Shown here: in pieces, positions 25,898 through 33,482 of the stretch | How the letters are laid out: every line of letters starts with the position of its first letter | Position numbering within the stretch: position 1 is the first letter of the stretch | Assembly (NCBI GenBank): GCA_043228905.1 | Contig: JBHGNT010000029.1 | Coordinates: 62,001-126,000, forward strand | Length of the DNA: 64,000 nucleotides | From: Azolla caroliniana | Lineage: Eukaryota > Plantae > Polypodiophyta | Reading direction: 5' to 3' | Notes under the pieces: generated by a model | What the model was told of the DNA's origin: nothing | The model's input: the letters and a program-made list of their open reading frames with translations, nothing else | The model's database searches: none | Position numbers and translations under genes: made by a program

Positions 25898-27868
25898 TTA
25901 TAGTGGCTCTAGGATGTTTTTAGTTTTTACTAGAAGGGAGTGGAGGTTTTTGGATTTAGTCCAACAAATAATGGGTTTAGGGATATGTTGTAGTTGGGGA
26001 TCTAATTGGATATCATAGTGTAGGTTAGTTAGTATTTTCTTAATAATTAGTGTGGGGGTATGGCGAGTATATCTAAGTTTAAAGATAGTGGGTGGGGTGG
26101 TCTTTTTAGTTTTTTCTTTGAAAAGGAGAGTGTGTCTAAGGGAGTAAGGGTGTTTTCGAAAGTTATTTAGAATAAAATGTGTGGGATAACCTCGGGCTCT
26201 AAGTCTCGTAAAGAATTTTTTTTGCATATTTAAATAACCTAGGGCCGTGCTTTCTCTAATCATATATCTTTTGAGTTCATTTGAAACAAAACTATTTTTA
26301 ACATGTAGAGGGTGATTGGAGGAATAAGGGATGTATTGATATGTGTTAAGTGTTTTTTGAAAGCAATTAAAGGTGAATCTATTATTATCTAATCTAATCC
26401 AAAGGTCTAAAAAGGGTAGTTTCGTGTAAGAAGTGTGTATGGTTAGTTTTATAGAGTTTTGAGTAGAGTTACTATAGAAGTTTAGGTATTCGAGAAGTTG
26501 GATTTTAGTACCAGTCCAGACGCCAAAGGCATCATCAATATACCTAGTGAAATAGAAAAGGTGGGGTGATGGATTGGAATTTTCTAGATATGAGAGGAAG
26601 AGACATGCATACACGACGGAAAAATTACTACCCATGGCTGTTCCTTTTACCTGTTGATAAATTTGGTTGTTAAATTTAAGGAAGTGGTATTCTAAGGTGA
26701 GGGCACTAAGGGTGTAAATCAAATTGGTTTTTTGGTTAGAAAAGTGGGGGGCAATAAGGTTTTTTAGGGCAGAGAGTCCTAGTTTAGGTGGGATGCTAGG
26801 GTAGAGGGATTCAACATCAAAAGAAAAAATGAAGCTATTGGGTGGTGTTATAAGTTGTTCTAAAGTTTGGACAAGGGAATGGGAGTCCCTAAGATACTGT
26901 TTTTGAACTAGAAGTATGGGGAGGAGTTGATGGTGAAGCCATTTAGACGTTTGTTCAAATAATGAACCGTTATATGAGCAAATCGGTCTATAGCTAACAG
27001 GACTTTTATGTACTTTTGGCAAGAAGTACATATTAGGTATTGAGTAACCTTTAGGAGGTTTGTGTAGGATAAATTCTATTTCTATGAGAGATAAGATATT
27101 ACGATTACAATTGACTATGTCTTGTAGTCGACTTAAAAGTTCTTCTAATGGGAGACTATCAACTTTTTTATATGTAGTGATGTCGGATAAATGTTCTAGG
27201 GCTTTATCTAAGTATGTTTTTTTATCGAGGACACAAACTCCAATGTTTTTGTCCGCTGGTAGGATGGTTATTTTATTATTATTTTTAAGGCTAGTTATTG
27301 CTAATTGGAGGTGTAGTGGTATTTTGATATTAGGTAATATATTATCATGGAGGTTTGTGGAGAGAGAGATATTGTGTTTATGGAGTATAGATTCTAATGG
27401 TGGATATTTAGTAGGAGGGTTCCAATTCGGGTTGGGTAGTTTGAAGGGATTAGAGGGAGGAGAGTTGGATTTTCTAAAGAAATGTTTAAGTCTCAAGGAT
27501 CTACTTAGGTTTTGGTATTCTTGAAGAATGGATTGGTTAGTAGGTGGGGGGCAAGGGGGTATAAACTTAAGTCCTAGGTTTAAAAGTTTCATTTCTAGTT
27601 TACTAAGGGTGTAACTTGAAAGATTATGAATTTTACTTTGTAAGATGGAAGTAGTGTCTATGGTGGGAGTAAGTGGTTTCCAAAACTTGTATCTAAGCCT
27701 TTTAGGGCGTGATTTAGTATAAGGGGAGAAAGGGAAGTGGGAGTTTTCTTTACCTAGCCACATGTACGTATCATGTGTCAAAGGGGGCCTATCTAGTATG
27801 TAAAAAAGACGCTTACAAGGGTGTAAGGCGTGCTTAAACTGTTTACTAATTCGTTTAGCACGCCTCAC
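25898..27868 (-). CDS. Penelope-like reverse transcriptase (ORF2), no endonuclease; probably expressed as an ORF1-RT fusion by -1 frameshift
   Basis: PLE RT motifs in order: LNLGLKFIP, ILPADKN, YFLPKVHK, YRPICS, FSFDVESLYPSIP (A), QVKGTAMGSNFS (B), RYIDD (C), LPFLDL (E), YSSNHP, RARGYP. The protein ends ~75 aa after RGYP with no GIY-YIG or Cys/His linker. The track start at 27868 is GTG; the frame is open from 27904 and the first ATG is at 27763. Confidence 0.95.
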   Translation of the reverse strand: MRRAKRISKQFKHALHPCKRLFYILDRPPLTHDTYMWLGKENSHFPFSPYTKSRPKRLRYKFWKPLTPTIDTTSILQSKIHNLSSYTLSKLEMKLLNLGLKFIPPCPPPTNQSILQEYQNLSRSLRLKHFFRKSNSPPSNPFKLPNPNWNPPTKYPPLESILHKHNISLSTNLHDNILPNIKIPLHLQLAITSLKNNNKITILPADKNIGVCVLDKKTYLDKALEHLSDITTYKKVDSLPLEELLSRLQDIVNCNRNILSLIEIEFILHKPPKGYSIPNMYFLPKVHKSPVSYRPICSYNGSLFEQTSKWLHHQLLPILLVQKQYLRDSHSLVQTLEQLITPPNSFIFSFDVESLYPSIPPKLGLSALKNLIAPHFSNQKTNLIYTLSALTLEYHFLKFNNQIYQQVKGTAMGSNFSVVYACLFLSYLENSNPSPHLFYFTRYIDDAFGVWTGTKIQLLEYLNFYSNSTQNSIKLTIHTSYTKLPFLDLWIRLDNNRFTFNCFQKTLNTYQYIPYSSNHPLHVKNSFVSNELKRYMIRESTALGYLNMQKKFFTRLRARGYPTHFILNNFRKHPYSLRHTLLFKEKTKKTTPPTIFKLRYTRHTPTLIIKKILTNLHYDIQLDPQLQHIPKPIICWTKSKNLHSLLVKTKNILEPL

Positions 27869-27880
27869 TACACGTTTTTT
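27823..27880 (-). promoter_or_regulatory. Programmed -1 ribosomal frameshift signal (slippery heptamer A_AAA_AAC plus stimulatory hairpin), unit 1
   Basis: ORF1 ends CCA AAA AAC GTG TAG; the -1 frame AAA AAA CGT GTA GTG AGG is the RT frame. Five nt after the heptamer, GTGAGGCGTGCT pairs with AGCACGCCTTAC (12 bp, one G-U), extendable by AAAC/GTTT. Confidence 0.85.
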
Positions 27881-30402
27881 GGTTTCGACACATGAGTTGG
27901 AGTTTTAGATGGGGGTTGATAGGGGGGTTTGTAAGAGTTGTGTGGGTTTGATTTATTATGTGGGTGGGTGGCTGGGGCAGATGGGTTAGAATTACAAAAA
28001 AGGGAAGGGGTATTAGATGTAAATAGGGAGGGGTTACTAACAGGAAAATGGAAAGGGGTATTAGACGTAAATGGGGAGGGGTTCTTATTTATATTATGTG
28101 GAAATAAGAGGGGGTTGCCGTGTGTGGAATTATTAGGAAAAGAGAGGGGGGTATGGGAGGAGTGTGTGAAAATATTGGGGGGGTTTGTGAAAATATTGAG
28201 GGGGTTTGGGGCTATATTAGAGATTGGGGAAGGGGCAAGACCAAAATTATACAAAATGTTAGGGGGGTAATTAGGGTGGGGATCATTACAAAAAAGGGGC
28301 ATGGGGTTATGGAGGGGAATATTGGAAAGTAACGGGGGGGTATACAGAGAATTATTAAGAAGTGTAGGGGGAAGGTTTTGAGAGTGAGTGGGATATGGGT
28401 AAAGGGATGGGCTATGTTGTTGCCCTAGCGTAGGAGGAGGGAAAGAAAATTGAGGGGGAGAGGTATCGAGGGGCTTAGTATACGGAGGAGGGTTGGAGAG
28501 CAGAGGGGGAAGGTGAGAATGGGGGAGATGCTTTCTATTGTAGTCGAACGCAGGACCTGAGTTTGGGACAGCGTTATGGCCCGCCTGTGAATTAATCTCG
28601 TCCTGTTGTTGATGGCTATGTTGGGCCGACGAGAAACTAGCAGGTGCAGCCGAAGAGTAGAAGCTATGGACCAGAGACGGGGGTCCTCGGTGTGCAGCCT
28701 GTGACCAAGCATGTGTATGGTGGCTCGTGTCTCTGTGGCCATCGAAAAGTGATGATGGTGGTAGTTGATGGAGATCTCGTGGTGGATGATTAAAGTGGTT
28801 GATGTCCGTGTTGCCGCCGAAGAGTGATGATGGTGGTCGGTGTGGGTGATCTTGTGGTGGATGAAGCCAAGAACCTGTACGAAGGGAAGCATGTGTCGTG
28901 AAATTGGAGTTCGGGTTATGGTGGGGGTAGGCCGAGTTTATGTTAGGGCCTGCCGAAAGCTCGTTCGATCTATAGAAAAGTACTTGTGGGTTTTGATGGT
29001 TGAGGTTCGGGTTGATGCTAACTTCATTGTTATTCATGTTGCAGATGAATTGAGGATGGTCGCGGATGAAGTGAGGGTGGTTGCGGTGGTTGGATGGTCC
29101 GCGGTGGTTGCGGTGGTTGGATGGTCCGCGGTGAAAATGTGGTGGAGGAGGCTTCGGGTTTGCTGATGGAGGCCGAGGGTTAGGGTTTGGGTTAGTGTTA
29201 GGATTAGGGTTAGGGTTAGGGTGTGTTCTGAAATTAGGGTTAGGGTTAGGGTGTGTTCTGAAATTAGGGTTAGGGTTAGGGTTAGGGTTGGGTTCTTTTC
29301 TCAAGTTAGGGTTAGGGTTGGGTTTCGGGTTTGTTCTCAAGTTAGGGTTAGGGTTGGGATTCGGGTTTGTTCTCAAATTAGGGTTAGGGTTAGGGTTGGG
29401 CTTAGGGGTTGTTCTCAAATTAAGGTTAGGGTTAATTCTCGAGTTAGGATTATAGTCTTTATCTTTATACTGAAATTTATTATATTGTACTTTCTCAAAA
29501 CTGTCGACAACTTTTTCAATATCATCTTCAATATCATCATCTGACTCCATATCTATGTCTATCTCTCTAATATGGTGCTTACTTGTGCTTTGAGTGTTCT
29601 CATTTAGTGATTGGGCTTTATCTTTTCTTTGCATAGCAGCAACTCTAAAGGCTTCCCTATAAGTGAATGAGAGAGCTATAGTATTACATTCTTTTAGAAT
29701 ATTAGTTGCTAACTCTTCTTGGAAAATTTCAAGCTGTTTGCTAAATGAGTTTGGACTCGAATTGGATTCCTCTACTTCGTCAAAACAAACAGGGGCTTTT
29801 AGGAGATTAGCAATCTTGAGAATATCAGCTCGTACAGTCATAGGAAAATCATCTACTGTTTTTGTGTAGTAATGGACAAGACTATCTAAATGCTTGACAT
29901 ATGTGGTAGTGAGATCTTTACTATATTGTGTTGTGATGGAAGCAAACTCTAGTTGTAGGCTTTTATTTATATCTTCGTGCTCAATAATTAGTCTTGGGGG
30001 CTGGATTCTCAAGCTATGAGGGGCTATATTCTGAGAATTAAGGTTTGACATACGACTATATGTTTTTTTAGCTTTTTGAGCTTTTCGATAGAGGTTTTTA
30101 AACTCTGCGATTATTCTACACTTGTAATCTTCAAAGTGTTGGGAAATTAGCGGTGATTCATTGGAGATTACCTGGGTACTAGTAGTTTTTGCAGGGGTCG
30201 GAGTAGTTGAGACTATTGGAGCTCGCGGTCTTTTAGTTGGACGTTTGTTGGCGCTTCTAGGTTTCGTTGGGGTAGGTGTAGTGGAAGTAGCCGCTGCAAA
30301 AGTCATCATCTCTTGTGGAGGGAACTCGGCATTGAATGGTGATTCGATGCGAGTCGAACTATCACTATTATGGGTTCCAAACTCCGATGATAAGCCCTCC
30401 AT
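27868..30402 (-). CDS. Retroelement ORF1, 844 aa: predicted helical/coiled-coil N-terminal region, acidic patch, (PN)n repeats, long Pro/Asn/His/Ser-rich disordered C-terminus
   Basis: 2.5-kb uninterrupted ORF directly upstream of the RT, intact in two copies. The first ATG is at 30402 (the track start at 30411 is GTG; an in-frame TAG lies at 30417-30415). Function is inferred from position only. Confidence 0.85.
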   Translation of the reverse strand: MEGLSSEFGTHNSDSSTRIESPFNAEFPPQEMMTFAAATSTTPTPTKPRSANKRPTKRPRAPIVSTTPTPAKTTSTQVISNESPLISQHFEDYKCRIIAEFKNLYRKAQKAKKTYSRMSNLNSQNIAPHSLRIQPPRLIIEHEDINKSLQLEFASITTQYSKDLTTTYVKHLDSLVHYYTKTVDDFPMTVRADILKIANLLKAPVCFDEVEESNSSPNSFSKQLEIFQEELATNILKECNTIALSFTYREAFRVAAMQRKDKAQSLNENTQSTSKHHIREIDIDMESDDDIEDDIEKVVDSFEKVQYNKFQYKDKDYNPNSRINPNLNLRTTPKPNPNPNPNLRTNPNPNPNPNLRTNPKPNPNPNLRKEPNPNPNPNPNFRTHPNPNPNFRTHPNPNPNPNTNPNPNPRPPSANPKPPPPHFHRGPSNHRNHRGPSNHRNHPHFIRDHPQFICNMNNNEVSINPNLNHQNPQVLFYRSNELSAGPNINSAYPHHNPNSNFTTHASLRTGSWLHPPQDHPHRPPSSLFGGNTDINHFNHPPRDLHQLPPSSLFDGHRDTSHHTHAWSQAAHRGPPSLVHSFYSSAAPASFSSAQHSHQQQDEINSQAGHNAVPNSGPAFDYNRKHLPHSHLPPLLSNPPPYTKPLDTSPPQFSFPPPTLGQQHSPSLYPYPTHSQNLPPTLLNNSLYTPPLLSNIPLHNPMPLFCNDPHPNYPPNILYNFGLAPSPISNIAPNPLNIFTNPPNIFTHSSHTPLSFPNNSTHGNPLLFPHNINKNPSPFTSNTPFHFPVSNPSLFTSNTPSLFCNSNPSAPATHPHNKSNPHNSYKPPYQPPSKTPTHVSKPKNV
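29177..29434 (+). repeat. (TTAGGG)n-rich coding minisatellite in ORF1 (encodes PNPNPN; 30/36-bp super-units), unit 1
   Basis: Runs of GGGTTA interrupted by GTTCTGAAA/GTTCTCAA spacers; translates as (F/L)RT(H/N)PNPNPN. Confidence 0.9.
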
Positions 30403-30493
30403 AGAAAACACGATCTAGCTTTGTTTATTAACCGTAAGGTTGATACAAGGAGTGCGAGCGACTTTTAGCTATGGTAGATAATGTAATAGGAAA

Positions 30494-30646
30494 GGGTTTA
30501 GGGTTTCCGGATTAGGGTTTAGGGTTTTGGGATTAGGGTTTAGGGCTTCGGGATTAGGGTTTTGGGATTAGGGTTTTGGGTTTCGAGATTAGGGTTTCAG
30601 GATTAGGGTTTCGGGATTAGGGTTTCGGGATTAGGTCTAGGGTTTA
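30494..30646 (+). repeat. Degenerate telomere-like tract, unit 2
   Basis: Same sequence as in unit 1. Confidence 0.9.
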
Positions 30647-30684
30647 CATAGATAATGTAATAAGAAAAGATTCTAAGCACACAT

Positions 30685-30789
<105 letters not shown>

Positions 30790-30818
30790 CAGGAAAATTC
30801 CATTAAAATAAAAGGAAA

Positions 30819-30877
30819 GACCTTATGCAGCAAACTAGTTTCGCTCTTTTAGGTAGAGCTCATCAGTGCAAAAGGTC
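30819..30877 (-). ncRNA. Type I hammerhead ribozyme motif, unit 2
   Basis: Identical to the unit 1 motif. Confidence 0.85.
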
Positions 30878-31499
30878 ATGTACATACAAAAGGTGGTTTA
30901 TATAGGATGTTGAGGATGGGGAAGGGAGGAGAATGTATAATCATAGTGAGTGGGGTACAATAACAATGTAAATAGATGGAGGGCTGTAAGGTTTTAAGTT
31001 GGAAGATCTTGATGATAGAGGGGGTGGTGATATGGGGGGGGAAACAAAATGGGCTGGTGAATGGAAGATTGATAGGGTGATAAGACAGATGAGGGAGTAG
31101 GAAAAGGTGAATAAGGGGAAATGAATGAGTGGTAGGGTGTGTAATTATATGTAAATAAAAGAAAGAAGGGAAAGTTAAAGGAAGTTAATAAGAGGTATTA
31201 GGGAGAGGGGTTGAGGGAAGAGGGAAGAGAGAGAGTGTATAAAAAGGTAGTGAGAGGAAGAGGGGATGAGAAATGGAAAAAAAGGGGGAGGGGGAGATGG
31301 AATATAGTTTTTAGTGAGATATAAGGGAAATATTGGGGGGGAAAAAAAGGGAGGGGGAGATAGAATATAGTTTTTAGTGAGATATAAGGGAAATATTGGG
31401 GGAAAAAAGTAGATGTGTGTGACTACAAAATAAAAGTAAGGGGGAAGGAGAGAGGAACAAGGAAAGGGGATAGATTAAATGAAGGGTGAGAAAATATGT

Positions 31500-33470
31500 T
31501 TATAGTGGCTCTAGGATGTTTTTAGTTTTTACTAGAAGGGAGTGGAGGTTTTTGGATTTAGTCCAACAAATAATGGGTTTAGGGATATGTTGTAGTTGGG
31601 GATCTAATTGGATATCATAGTGTAGGTTAGTTAGTATTTTCTTAATAATTAGTGTGGGGGTATGGCGAGTATATCTAAGTTTAAAGATAGTGGGTGGGGT
31701 GGTCTTTTTAGTTTTTTCTTTGAAAAGGAGAGTGTGTCTAAGGGAGTAAGGGTGTTTTCGAAAGTTATTTAGAATAAAATGTGTGGGATAACCTCGGGCT
31801 CTAAGTCTCGTAAAGAATTTTTTTTGCATATTTAAATAACCTAGGGCCGTGCTTTCTCTAATCATATATCTTTTGAGTTCATTTGAAACAAAACTATTTT
31901 TAACATGTAGAGGGTGATTGGAGGAATAAGGGATGTATTGATATGTGTTAAGTGTTTTTTGAAAGCAATTAAAGGTGAATCTATTATTATCTAATCTAAT
32001 CCAAAGGTCTAAAAAGGGTAGTTTCGTGTAAGAAGTGTGTATGGTTAGTTTTATAGAGTTTTGAGTAGAGTTACTATAGAAGTTTAGGTATTCGAGAAGT
32101 TGGATTTTAGTACCAGTCCAGACGCCAAAGGCATCATCAATATACCTAGTGAAATAGAAAAGGTGGGGTGATGGATTGGAATTTTCTAGATATGAGAGGA
32201 AGAGACATGCATACACGACGGAAAAATTACTACCCATGGCTGTTCCTTTTACCTGTTGATAAATTTGGTTGTTAAATTTAAGGAAGTGGTATTCTAAGGT
32301 GAGGGCACTAAGGGTGTAAATCAAATTGGTTTTTTGGTTAGAAAAGTGGGGGGCAATAAGGTTTTTTAGGGCAGAGAGTCCTAGTTTAGGTGGGATGCTA
32401 GGGTAGAGGGATTCAACATCAAAAGAAAAAATGAAGCTATTGGGTGGTGTTATAAGTTGTTCTAAAGTTTGGACAAGGGAATGGGAGTCCCTAAGATACT
32501 GTTTTTGAACTAGAAGTATGGGGAGGAGTTGATGGTGAAGCCATTTAGACGTTTGTTCAAATAATGAACCGTTATATGAGCAAATCGGTCTATAGCTAAC
32601 AGGACTTTTATGTACTTTTGGCAAGAAGTACATATTAGGTATTGAGTAACCTTTAGGAGGTTTGTGTAGGATAAATTCTATTTCTATGAGAGATAAGATA
32701 TTACGATTACAATTGACTATGTCTTGTAGTCGACTTAAAAGTTCTTCTAATGGGAGACTATCAACTTTTTTATATGTAGTGATGTCGGATAAATGTTCTA
32801 GGGCTTTATCTAAGTATGTTTTTTTATCGAGGACACAAACTCCAATGTTTTTGTCCGCTGGTAGGATGGTTATTTTATTATTATTTTTAAGGCTAGTTAT
32901 TGCTAATTGGAGGTGTAGTGGTATTTTGATATTAGGTAATATATTATCATGGAGGTTTGTGGAGAGAGAGATATTGTGTTTATGGAGTATAGATTCTAAT
33001 GGTGGATATTTAGTAGGAGGGTTCCAATTCGGGTTGGGTAGTTTGAAGGGATTAGAGGGAGGAGAGTTGGATTTTCTAAAGAAATGTTTAAGTCTCAAGG
33101 ATCTACTTAGGTTTTGGTATTCTTGAAGAATGGATTGGTTAGTAGGTGGGGGGCAAGGGGGTATAAAATTAAGTCCTAGGTTTAAAAGTTTCATTTCTAG
33201 TTTACTAAGGGTGTAACTTGAAAGATTATGAATTTTACTTTGTAAGATGGAAGTAGTGTCTATGGTGGGAGTAAGTGGTTTCCAAAACTTGTATCTAAGC
33301 CTTTTAGGGCGTGATTTAGTATAAGGGGAGAAAGGGAAGTGGGAGTTTTCTTTACCTAGCCACATGTACGTATCATGTGTCAAAGGGGGCCTATCTAGTA
33401 TGTAAAAAAGACGCTTACAAGGGTGTAAGGCGTGCTTAAACTGTTTACTAATTCGTTTAGCACGCCTCAC
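31500..33470 (-). CDS. Penelope-like reverse transcriptase (ORF2), unit 2
   Basis: Identical to the unit 1 RT except GLKFI>GLNFI; all catalytic motifs intact. Confidence 0.95.
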   Translation of the reverse strand: MRRAKRISKQFKHALHPCKRLFYILDRPPLTHDTYMWLGKENSHFPFSPYTKSRPKRLRYKFWKPLTPTIDTTSILQSKIHNLSSYTLSKLEMKLLNLGLNFIPPCPPPTNQSILQEYQNLSRSLRLKHFFRKSNSPPSNPFKLPNPNWNPPTKYPPLESILHKHNISLSTNLHDNILPNIKIPLHLQLAITSLKNNNKITILPADKNIGVCVLDKKTYLDKALEHLSDITTYKKVDSLPLEELLSRLQDIVNCNRNILSLIEIEFILHKPPKGYSIPNMYFLPKVHKSPVSYRPICSYNGSLFEQTSKWLHHQLLPILLVQKQYLRDSHSLVQTLEQLITPPNSFIFSFDVESLYPSIPPKLGLSALKNLIAPHFSNQKTNLIYTLSALTLEYHFLKFNNQIYQQVKGTAMGSNFSVVYACLFLSYLENSNPSPHLFYFTRYIDDAFGVWTGTKIQLLEYLNFYSNSTQNSIKLTIHTSYTKLPFLDLWIRLDNNRFTFNCFQKTLNTYQYIPYSSNHPLHVKNSFVSNELKRYMIRESTALGYLNMQKKFFTRLRARGYPTHFILNNFRKHPYSLRHTLLFKEKTKKTTPPTIFKLRYTRHTPTLIIKKILTNLHYDIQLDPQLQHIPKPIICWTKSKNLHSLLVKTKNILEPL

Positions 33471-33482
33471 TACACGTTTTTT
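33425..33482 (-). promoter_or_regulatory. Programmed -1 ribosomal frameshift signal, unit 2
   Basis: Identical to the unit 1 cassette. Confidence 0.85.

Larger units (their letters stand above)
24840..30420 (-). mobile_element. Endonuclease-deficient Penelope-like retroelement (Athena/Coprina-type architecture), unit 1, full length, 5581 bp
   Basis: ORF1 plus PLE-type RT with no GIY-YIG domain; 3' UTR with hammerhead motif, (GA)n and telomere-like tract. The boundary sequence TTGTTTATTAACCG recurs at 24840, 30421 and 36023. Confidence 0.92.

Noticed and set aside
25898-27868. Telomerase (TERT), LINE, LTR/DIRS or group II intron/retron RT
   Set aside because: The motifs (LGLxF, ADK, LPKxHK, RPI, GxxMGS, SxHP, GYP) are PLE-type. 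There is no TERT T motif, APE/RLE endonuclease, RNase H, integrase, tyrosine recombinase or poly(A) tail.
30415-30425. Unit junction CTAGCTTTGTT resembles satellite CTAGCGTTGTT (10/11)
   Set aside because: Too short to exclude chance, and the actual left insertion point is at a different monomer position.
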